From positions 1-64,000 of the forward strand of contig JYFJ02001035.1 of NCBI GenBank assembly GCA_000934665.2: a stretch of 64,000 nucleotides of DNA, written 5' to 3'. Below are positions 10,701 through 21,432 of the stretch, in pieces (positions within the stretch are counted from its first letter, which is position 1; the number at the start of each line of letters is the position of its first letter). Source of the stretch: Catajapyx aquilonaris (Eukaryota). The notes beneath the pieces are model-generated. The model was not told the origin of the DNA and did not search any database. It saw only the letters and a list, made by a program, of their open reading frames with translations. Position numbers and translations under genes: made by a program.

Positions 10701-11785
10701 ATGTGAGAAGGTGCCTTTTGATAACTTCTTACCTGAGGTTACTGTACATTTTTGCTGATATGAATTCATTGGAGTGACCAATCATTGATTTTCCTTAGTT
10801 GTTGATGAACATAGATTGCCCTGAATGCATAAATGCAGGGTGAGCTTGAACTGCAGGCCATAAATTCAGGTGGTTGTGCAGGGTGATGGGACAAGTACTT
10901 TATCCAATGGGGAATCTGCGAGAACAAAATGAAAACTCTGTGGCGGCAAAAGTTGGATTGCCCAGATTTTAATTTATTTTTGTTGACGCACTATGTACGA
11001 TAACTTTCGAACAGACAGCAGGGTGTCCATTCTTCTGTTTCCATAGAATTTCATACATTGATGCATTTGAGATGTCTGCAGTACAGGATATTGTGGGTAC
11101 CACAAACTCTTTGTTGCCTCATGCCATTGCCTTGTATTGTTGTAGACACCCAAGTTCATTGGACAAATATTATTGCTTCACAGCCCTAAACAATTCTCCT
11201 AATTTGTAGCCTGCAGTTAAGGCTAACCCTTATTTTGCCTGAGGTGGAACACCTGGAAGGTTGAAGGCTACACATTGTGATCCGATTGTACTCTTTTATT
11301 TTCAGGCGATATATTGCAAACACTGTGCCATATGTTTCCACCGCCAAGGCCAATATATGCTGCTGGAGTGAATGACAGCTGGGTGCGAGGCGTGTCATAC
11401 AATAAATCGGGTGACGTTATTGCCACAATTGCAGATGATGGGTGAGTGTTTACAGATTGTGATCAAGTGAACCATATCCTGACATTCTGTTGCCTTTTCC
11501 GTCAGACTGATTCGATTTTGGAATTTGTTGGGTGAGGATGATCCCGAGTCCATAGCCATGCCTGCCACTGCAATGGTTGGCAGCAAGCTTTCCCCATCAG
11601 GACAGAGTCTGGCAGTGGCTTATGTGGATTGTACTGTTGGATTTTATGCTGCACCAAAGCAGGTTCCTCGTCTTATTCACCTCGCAAGGGTGGCCATTCG
11701 CAAACAAATGGACAGCTTTGAAGTTGACATGCTGGATGTGCCTGTGGTACTGAGGCGTTACCTGAGATACCAGCACTGGGAATGA
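7725..11785 (+). CDS. WSB1: WD repeat and SOCS box-containing protein (WSB1-like), 406 aa
   Basis: Exons 7725-7761, 9009-9195, 9252-9681, 9735-9885, 11306-11441, 11506-11785 total 1221 nt, in frame. MASF start as in vertebrate WSB1; FSPDESCFAW; LATGHANGRIRLWD; FAPDGSLRLVSASADRTLKVWDLADDGNM; KLEGHMNDVVS..FSPDGAVLATASWDTKVILWDP; HMFPPPRPIYAAGVNDSWVR; C-terminal SOCS box VPRLIHLARVAIRK..VPVVLRRYLRY. Confidence 0.93.
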
Positions 11786-12127
11786 AGTTTGTTCTGGGAA
11801 CTTATCTCAGGGATGTAATGAGGCAATTATTTTGGTGTTACTGCCATCTTTAACATGGGTTTGTGCCAGCCTATCTCTCAAATATTGGGCTGCAAACAGC
11901 ACTGTACTTTGGTAATAACTGCTTAACTTCTCAAAAAGGTGTTCATTGTGTGATCTAGGGAAGACTGTTACAATGTGGGTTTGGTGGTTGGGAACGTAGC
12001 AAGGTAAAAAGCATTGTTGCTGGTCAAAAGTAGCAATATTTTTAAAGTTGAAATGCAATCCTGCCACGATGGAATGAACTGATTGTTAAGCATCTGTATT
12101 TTGTACTCTGATGTTGCCATTCCGTGC

Positions 12128-12732
12128 AATAAAGTCTGCCTTTCTGCTTTTGAAAGTGTTTTTCTGGGGACGTATGTATATACGTACATGGAGACACCTG
12201 TAAAATGCGTCCTTGTGCTTGTTGGAAAATTTGTCAAACCAAAGAGGTGGTCCACTTGTGTAATCAGTTCGACACTTTGTCATGTAATGAGTAAGCTCCA
12301 ATATTTAGGTGTGGAAAATGACTGCCCATTATTATGAGCTTCGTTTTAAAATAAAGTGAGCCCAAGGTGAAAGCTCAGCATGGTCCCATGAGTTTTCAGG
12401 GTAAATGTCAGCTTGCATGTTGGCTACAGTTTCCCATTCATGACATTTAGAATACTTGTTGCATCTCATTTGTTCGTATGTTCATTCATTTACCTCACGG
12501 CTTCTCCCTAATTAGAGAGCTAGCCAGCCATAATGAGGAACCTCATGAATGACTTGATGAAATCCTCATCTCACGTGACACCATACATGAACCTCTGGAG
12601 CACCGGTCAGATGCTCAGAGCTTCGTAAGCCAGCTCAACATTCTTGATAGGTGGCCTACAGTTGTAGGTGTCAAGAGCTGCATTTTATATGACGGAGAAT
12701 GAAGGCTACTCTGGATCTCTAGATGGAATAAA
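12128..12732 (+). terminator. Candidate WSB polyadenylation signals (AATAAA at 12128, 12350, 12727)
   Basis: Three canonical hexamers 0.35-0.95 kb after the stop codon; which one is used is unknown. Confidence 0.4.
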
Positions 12733-15730
12733 ACATGACATTTATCTCTTTATGTAAGAAAATCTTTCGCATTTACTCCTCAAAATATATTGTAACTGAC
12801 ATAGTTAAAACGGGTTTAATGTAGCAGTAAATACGTCTTGATAATGGAAATGAATTCAAGGCCAAAACTGTTTAATCTCATCAACCTGTATATTAAATGG
12901 CATTTATCCCACAGCTGGACTGATGCGAGCAACTATGGCGTTATCTTCTTAAAGTGGCATTATTTTATCAATGATGTTGCTGAGCGGAAGAGTTATTTTA
13001 TAATAATGTCATTTATTTGCACAAATAATAGTTAATTAGTTATAGTTCATGATGAATTTTTATTTCTTGGCTAGGTCTGGGTCTTACAATATATTGAGGT
13101 GACTATGAAGTTTTCCCGACCCTTTTTTTGAAATCATGGGACAAATGCCGAGTAGGTTAACTTATGAAAAAAAATGAATTAGCGTTAATTACAGTGAAAA
13201 ATGACGAAGCTAACTAGAAACCCGTAGAAAAGTAGGTGCTACAACATTCAAAATGTGCATGCAAATTGACATCTCTTGATTAAATATTTTCTGGCTGGAT
13301 AGGCCGCTTCATAAGCATGATTCCCAAGAGGAACTAAAAGCACACTCGAAATGATGACTGTTAATGTGTGTCACTCCCCATGGTATTCATCATAATTGAA
13401 TATAATTTTCTGTGAAACATACCACGAAAAGTGCACTTCATTTCTGCCACGAGTGGAATGCACATATATTACAATGTGCACATTTGAAATGGATGTATTT
13501 AAAGCAAATTATTTTCAGATGATTGTCACAACAAAGTATTTATGCATCTGTAAAATTTCTATAAAATTTTGGGATAAATGTCTATCAAATTTATTATGAA
13601 ACTGATTTTTCACACGATCTATATGGTATAAAGTATATAGTGTCAAATATTTGCTTCAGTATAAATGACCACAGTTGCAGTGCGACTTTCCCAGTAACAT
13701 CAATCACATTAATGCTATTACCTACCTATTATTAACTATTGTGCTCGACCATCTATTATGTTTCCATCATACATTTGGACCACAACCAGTAGGACCAATA
13801 GTAATATGGTAACCGCTGCACGATTTTTCCTTCGCCTCAGCTGGTCACTTCCCTTGCTTTAAAAAAATCGGATTTTTCCTCCACCACGCTGGTTTCTCAC
13901 TCGGAATATTATAAGCGTATCGGATGAAAGGAACCTCTGTTTTTTGGGACCCTCTGGCTGGACCTGAATTTTCTGTGCACAGAAGAAAAAAAACTGGTCC
14001 TTGGTGAAATATTGAGCCATTTGTTAGGCAAGAAGTCGGCAGCCATCTGAAACCCGCCCACATCTTTCCCTCCTTATCGATTCCTTTCCTCACTTGTGAC
14101 ACTAAACAATGTCCTTACCCTTTCCATCTACTTGCTGCATATCAATTTCTCCATCCATATACGTTCTAACAGAAGTCCGAATGAAAATAGCCATTTTTGA
14201 CACAAATATTTTTGTCAGATCAAATGAAGCTCTAATGTGTATGTTTATTGTACTCACAAACGGCCCAGTATAGTATCAATAATGGGTAATAGTATTATGG
14301 CAGTGTAACCGCAATGTGCAAATTGCTCTCCATATTTTTGTACTATAACTGTAAACAATCAATTACACTGTTATGCTAAATAATAAATAAGTTGATATTG
14401 CATGCAGTAACTGAATTTTTAAAAGTGTATAGGCAGGTATAGGTGTGTATAGGGTGTATAGGTGTACAGCAGGGAACCTCCTGCCGCGTAGTTACATAGG
14501 GACAACAATAGGGCTCATGTCACCGTACACATAACTGATTATTGCACCATCCATGCGACTAGCGATACTGTAATAAATAATTAATTAGGCAATAAATTAT
14601 TTGTAACACAAATATGCCAGTTACACTACTCGCCTTATTAGCAAATCCTACCGGATGCGCCATTACAGTATTATTGGGGCCTAACCTCACAAATTATTGC
14701 ACCTTAAATCGTCTATAATGAGTGTTGAACACGATTGAATTGACCTCCTGATGACACTTGATTGCACAGTGCCAAATATATCCGGTGTGATTCTGTACAG
14801 GACTATATCCGGGAAAGACAGCTCCGGGGAGAAGCGTGGTGGTGGGTATCATGTTTCAGAGTGGCGGAAGCAATGTGATGGATGATAATTAAAGGGGATG
14901 ATTTGCGTGTGTGAAGCCCCAACCGAATGATAGGATCGGTGGGAAAAATGGCAGCTGGTCCCATCTTTCCCTAGGCATTTTAGTAGCCCATGTTTGATGC
15001 ACCCGGATGCATCGGGCATATACAAAAATATTTTTTTTTGCCAACAATATAGCAACAAGTGGGTTCAGCAACAGTACTTGACTACTAATGAGAAAAATCA
15101 TTCAAGTAGAAAAGTTGAAGAGGCTCACCTTGCTAAGTATGCTATTATATTTTTAAAATATGAAAAATCCGACCCACAGCCTAAGTAGGTATTTTGAATA
15201 ATGTCTCGTAATTCTGCAAACATATTTTTGACATATTCTAAAACTGGGTTCCATGTTACAGGAAACACGTTTTAGGACCGTGTAAACTAAATCAATGAAA
15301 ATTCAGGACGCGTGAGATCTGGTGGAAAACCCAGAGAGAACTAATTCAGAGTAGGGATGAGGAAGCTGAGGTGGGCATTAGAAGCTGGCTCTTGCCAGCG
15401 GAATAACGAGGTGATGCCGTTGAGAAGGTGCTTGGGGATATTAAAAGAGTGTAAAAGGGAGGGGGCAAAGAGAATATTGGGTTGTAAAGCAAAAGTTTGG
15501 GAGGCTTCATTTTGCAGGGAGCGAATCAGAGGGCAAGAAGACTTTACAGAGGCCAAAAAGATTCTGTGCTCCCTTTTCCATCCCACGGGATCAAACCGCT
15601 CCCATGGGATGCCTATTAGTGACGTCTAGACGAAGAGGCTAATAGTCTCCAGAATGGCCACTTTGGGAGGAATTAAATGAGCAGCTATCTCAGGAGATTG
15701 CCATTTTCACCTCTTTGCACTCCTCAAAAC

Positions 15731-15802
15731 CTACTGACGTGAGCGCCATCTGTTTCTACTGACATGAGCGCCATCTGTACTGACGTGAGCGCCATCTGTT
15801 GG
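15731..15802. repeat. 3 x ~23-bp tandem repeat TACTGAC(G/A)TGAGCGCCATCTGT with CTCF-like core
   Basis: Three near-identical units read directly; the reverse complement of the last gives CCAACAGATGGCGCT. Confidence 0.8.
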
Positions 15803-18800
15803 CTGAAAAATAATTAATACGTGCCCCAAATAAACAAGTCATCATGATTAGACTATTATTTTTCTAGCCACATTGAATCAGTACTACTTTTTACACAAAT
15901 GTGTCATTTTTCTGGCAATTATTTAAATAACAATCCAGCATTGTTGGCTTCTATTGTTGATTTTTTTTAGCTATTCCACTTTGTTTTTGATTCGTGTTCA
16001 TATACTTGTTGCCTAGCGAAGTTCCTCAATTAGAATACGAATATGAACTTTTATAAAACCGGGTTTAATGTGAGGATAAAGCCGTGGTGTGTTGAGCCCT
16101 AATTAAAACGGCGGCCTTGGCTCCAAATCCTTCTTAAATCACTCGAGTGAAATTAGCATAATGGCACGGTGCAGGTTGTTGGGCAACACTTCGTGCAAAA
16201 GCTTTGCTGTGGAATTAACTCGCAATCCTAATTGGGGCAGTAACTGTGATTATGGCTTGGATGAGGGCAAAAGTTTATGAACCCCCTTTTTTTTATATGG
16301 GTTTCAAAATAGCTTCAACGAGCGTCACACACTCAATGCGTACTTTTAGCGATTACATATGTCAGCATAATGAATGTTAAATGAATGCGGTTCACATGCG
16401 TTGTTACACCGCTTTTTGGGTGAAGAACACCCCATTTAGTACATGCCTATTGTCCCGCTTACAACAATGATTTGTGTTCAAACTTGAATTATTTATACGA
16501 GGTTTTGTGTACATTTTGTGTACATTATAGCAAGTACGGTGTGAAAATGTTCAATATATAGCACCGTTTTTCGCTCCCTAGATTCTTTGATTGGATTCCT
16601 GGTCGTAAAATCTCTTCAGGAATTCCGTGATAAGGCGAACCGAGGAGGAATTATGGCGCGATTAAACTTTCCTTTCGATGATATCGATCTCCATCTTATC
16701 TGAAATTCAATGAGTCCGACGTGGAGAAGCTTCATGCTCGGAATCCGGGACTCCAAACTTCCATTTGTCACTTTCCGTTTATCGGAGACAGTCGATATCA
16801 TTATATTACTTGTGTTTCATAAAATATATAAAGAACATCGACAAATTAATCGTTTAATTAGGAAGGAGCTAAAGCAACTGATTGGCTGTGGGTGGCTAAG
16901 CGGGTATCAGCCAATGGGAGTGAGCCTTGCGAGGATTTAACCAATCATGGTCCTTATATTTATTCGCATATAGTGTGCTCAGACCGTCTCAAACCACTTT
17001 TTTTTTAAAAAAAAAAATATTTTCTTTAAGAGAAGCAGTTTTCTGATTTTTCTGATTTTTCAGATCTCACCACTTTTGACGGCCTTTTTTTTACAGAAAG
17101 GTTTTTGGTGGGATTTTCTTTAAGAGAAGCAGTTTTCTGATATTCTTGGTACACTCTGTACATATATGTTGAGCCTGACTGATGTTCCAACCACAAGCAG
17201 TAAATCCCAACGATACAAGCCATCCTTCAACAGTCAGCCCGTCCCACAAACGATGGATTCCGTCCACATTTTTATTTAGTGGATCATAAAAGACGAAATT
17301 TATTCTTTTTTTTTTTTGTCCTTTTTACGTGTAGCTGTTCACCCTTTTTTTTGTCATACCAAAGCAATGGAACAGGGGTAGAAAAACCCAGGCCTTTTTT
17401 CCACCTTTGACAGCGTTGTATTCTCTCCCTAGGGGTACTATGGGGGGGGGAAGGAGGGAATAAAGCAGAAGGGGACAAGTTTTGGGTCTGCAAAAGCGAG
17501 TCTAGTATGCAATAACTTGAATCAATGATGACAAGCTCCTGCTGCCTCCACTTTGGATCTACTTTCCGTTTTTTTTGTGTTTTTTTTTGGGGGGGGGGGG
17601 GTTCCTTTCTTTGGCGCGCAGAAGCTTCCCTTGGAAACAAGCTTTATGGGCAGTTTTTTGTGTATCTTTGAACTTCTGGGCTTGGAAATTGGGGATTGTG
17701 TCCGTTTATTTCCCTTCAGTATTAAATTACTCAAGGAGCAATCTGCAGGCCGTGGACTGGACCTCTCCAATAGCTGGGGAAGATGTAAAAAAATTTCATG
17801 ATTTTTTTTTACCCTGTATTTGGTATGTAATTCAATAGGTACAGATGTCTGAATATTTGATGTGATGTAGGTGTCTATATAATTATCAAACGAGACGGTT
17901 GTCAAGATCAATAACGTGACTGGCTTCAGACAGTATAAGGGGTCGTTTACTCATTTTATGGCAATTAGTCTTGACTATTGTGTTAGGAGACGAAGAGGAG
18001 CGGGCGACTGTTTCATAAGAAGGTGCTCCTGGATTGGGCTATTAAACATTGAAGGCGAGGGGAGCATTATAGTACAATGCAATCTTATTTGGGAGTGAAA
18101 CTCACAGTGTATGTGAAGTACCACCAAAGTTTGTAATGGATAAGTTATGTAAGAACATGGGAAATGGTGCTGTAAATATTCTGGCACAAAATCGGGGTTT
18201 TAATGAATAATTTTAATATGCAAAATATGTACCTATGGTAAGAAACTAGTTAGGCATAACAATAATATACGGCATATATGACCTTTTAAAGATCTCTCAA
18301 GAAAAATGAATATTGATATCGTGATTAGACATTTATCCCATACTTTAAAAAAGGTTTCCCATTTTTTAAATATATAAAAATAATCCGAAATCCGAAATCA
18401 GACATGTGAAACATTTCCCTCCCTTTCATTAGGATATGTCGATAAATTTACTGTAATTCATACGTAGAGTGTGCGGGCATTTTCAGGCATTTATCCCATT
18501 TCATAGCAGTTGAATCATGTCATGAATCAAATACACAACTATTCTTAAATCCCAGAAAATCAGAAAAAAATCAGAAATGTCCTAAGTATTTTTAATTAAT
18601 TATTCTCATCTCGTACGTAAACTTCTTATCTGTTGAAAACTACAATAGTTGAAAAAAAACATCCTAGCTAATTTACTGACTATTTTACATAGCGGAAATT
18701 TTGCACCGGTTTTTCATTTAAAATTGGAACAGAGACCCAATTACATTAGATTGTGAATTCACCTACCCTGTACATATTTCATGTTCAGTTTGAATAACAT

Positions 18801-18980
18801 CACTGAGAGAAGAAAATTAAAGTGTGCTTTGTATAGTACCTGTCTGTCTCATTTTGCAGGTTGTGCTACGTACAGGCTTGATTAACTTTTTCCCCAATGT
18901 TGAGTATAATTTTTTTGTGTCTTATTAGGAAAGAAACTTCAAATAATTAAAGCCTTGAACTAAGCAAATTGAATATTTCT

Positions 18981-19070
18981 TTGAAATGAATTGATGGTGT
19001 ATAAAGTGTGAAATTGATATCATTAATTATTAATCAATTTCACCACTTTATACGCCAACAATTCATTTAA
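18981..19070. repeat. ~38-bp imperfect inverted repeat with ~14-nt loop (hairpin)
   Basis: AAATGAATTGATGGTGTATAAAGTG-TGAAATTGAT versus ATCAATTTCACCACTTTATACGCCAACAATTCATTT. Confidence 0.85.
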
Positions 19071-19493
19071 CAAAATAGTGTCCATTCCTCGTGCTCTTGT
19101 CAAGCTGCAATCTATCTCAGCTTCATTTTGTGCACAGTGAAGGATACATTAGGTTAGAGCTACCATTTGAGGTTCTTGTGGAGAGTGGATTGTGATAAGC
19201 AGCAAAGTAAATGCTGGCGCCGGCGCCATTTGCCAAGCACATCAAGAAGCGACCCCCACATGAAGGGAGAAAAAATGGCCGAAAAAAAAAAGAAATGGTC
19301 TACTAGCGCCTGGAAGGCTACGGATGGAAACCAGAACTCTACATTTTTTTTATTATCGGAGAAGAGCAAACGAGGGACCTCCAAAAAGCTTTTTGCAGTG
19401 ACATTTTAAGATAGCGATGCATTTTCAGCTCCTGAATCATTTTCCACCTTGGCTATGTATGACCCTTTAAAACCAGGTCAGTCGGTGACGCTC

Positions 19494-19662
19494 TATTGCC
19501 AGGTCTATTGACCCCAGATATTGCTAGGTCTTGCCAGGTCTGCCAGGTCAGGATATTGCCAGGTCTATTGACCCCAGATATTGCCAGGTCTTGCCAGGTC
19601 TTGCCAGGTCTTTCCAGGTCTGCCAGGTCAGGATATTGCCAGGTCTATTGACCCCAGATATT
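19494..19662. repeat. Composite minisatellite: 3 x TATTGCCAGGTCTATTGACCCCAGA separated by (TTGCCAGGTC)n
   Basis: Long units start at 19494, 19554 and 19634, with variable numbers of 10-bp subunits between them. Confidence 0.9.
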
Positions 19663-20511
19663 CACTAATTTTTTTTAAAAAATTGATATTTTATTAGCTA
19701 AAAATAGCTGTACGCACAGGCAGATTCCAAAATCGACTTTGATATGTCATGAAACGATTGATGTCTTCAGATCACTCGGAAAATTCCAACTTTGATGGTT
19801 CCAAAAAGCCACCTCGAACATTCCTTCATCTCTCTAGGAAACTGTTCTCTTTTCTACAGTACATCCAGTTGTGAAGCTGGCACGTGGAATAACATTATGT
19901 GAGTGGCCAATTATCGAGCCATGCTGGGAATTTCTCTTTGACGCACTTTCGGGCCTCTTTGAAGTAGCGCGTTAGCCCCGCAAATTTCCTCTTCACATAT
20001 TGTCCCATTTGCCAATGTTTCGCAAATTCCCAGGTGGCACTGAATTTGCTTGGCTCATCCTTGCATGTAACGATCGATGGTATTTTTTTTTGCAGTTAAA
20101 GTAGAGGTTGGATGCCAGTTTGGATCAGTGCATCATCCTCACGGATTGTCCAAAATGTGACTAAAAAGAAGCACTTCACATAGAAACTTCTATGGGAGTA
20201 TCTATGGGAGTGCGGATTGAGAGTCGGTTCCTGTAACGACATCCAGAAGAGATTGAAATGGAATTGATGAAAAGGACTGGACCGTTGGGTTGGATGTATA
20301 TAGACGTACTGCGTGAAACGGGGTGTAGCAGCGTGAGTTGCGCAGTGCTGGTTCCACCCCCCCCCCCTCCCCCTGGTCTGATATTCCCCAGAACAGGATC
20401 AACTAGAAGCGCCGTGGCGCCCAAACCATCCGGAAGGACCGGTTTCAAAGTGCGGGAGTTTGTGATGACAGGTGGCGACCCGACATGGACGTGACCTGAG
20501 GAAGGTACAGG

Positions 20512-20842
20512 ATGCCCTCCTCCAGGAGGTCATCAGGTCATCATCACCGTCATCATCGACAGAATCGTGGCGGTTCTTCATCGGTGATAGTGTCAAGCAC
20601 TTCCAGTATTAGCAGCGCTGGTTCCAGTTCTGGAGGCTGCTCTTGGGGGAAAGTGCGAAATTGCACTAGAAGCTTTTTGGCACATCTCTTCTCACATGTT
20701 GGCTTGTGTGGACTGGTTGTTGGCTATTCGCTTCTGGGTGCATTGATGTTTGAATATCTAGAGGCTACACATGAGATGGAACAAAGAGACTTTGTGAAGC
20801 ACAAGAGGGAAGTGTGTCTGGAGGAACTCTGGAGAATTACAG
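20512..20842 (+). CDS. First coding exon of a TWiK/KCNK-family two-pore-domain potassium channel (3'-partial)
   Basis: FLAHLFSHVGLCGLVVGYSLLGALMFEYLE matches the invertebrate K2P TM1 motif, followed by cap helix ..KREVCLEELWRIT and donor CAG|GTTGG at 20842/20843. In-frame stop at 20497-20499 makes 20512 the start of the long frame. Strong acceptor T10-GCAG at 20095 defines exon 20096-20842. No pore (TTIGYG) exon found downstream in the window. Confidence 0.85.
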
Positions 20843-21240
20843 GTTGGATTTTTTTGAACATTTTTGTAGAACTCCATTTTAGGAATTCTATTCGCGAATT
20901 GGGCTTTGGCGAATATCTTTTTCACCTTTCATCCCCTATGGAATTGCAGGGGCATTAGCGTGGGTTTCGGGCTCAATTTGTAGTGGCAACTCATCTCATA
21001 GCATTTACATCCTATTGTGTAGGATGCAAGAGTTGCTCATTGTGAAGGGAGGTTTGCATAGCCAGACAGGGTCACAGAGGAGATCAATCCTAGGCTCTAT
21101 AAAATGACTCCACTAGGAATAGGGGGTCTACTGTACTACCCCTTGACTGATGTTTGCTCCTGGCTCCAGCACACTCCATATATTCTGAAAATAACAATTT
21201 TTAAAAAGCTGCGGTCATTTTGACTGCGAATTACTTGACG

Positions 21241-21432
21241 GCGACTGACTTGGTGGTCGACTGACTGGGTGGTCGACTGACTGGGTGGTCGACTGACTGG
21301 GTGGTCGACTGACTGGGTGGTCGACTGACTGGGTGGTCGACTGACTGGGTGGTCGATTGACTCGGTGGTCGATTGACTAGGCGGTCGAATGACTTGGCGG
21401 TCAAATGACTTGGCGGAGATTTACTTGACGGC
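21241..21432. repeat. 16-bp minisatellite (GACTGACTGGGTGGTC)n, ~11 copies decaying at the 3' side
   Basis: Direct reading; about six perfect units, then divergent ones. Confidence 0.95.
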
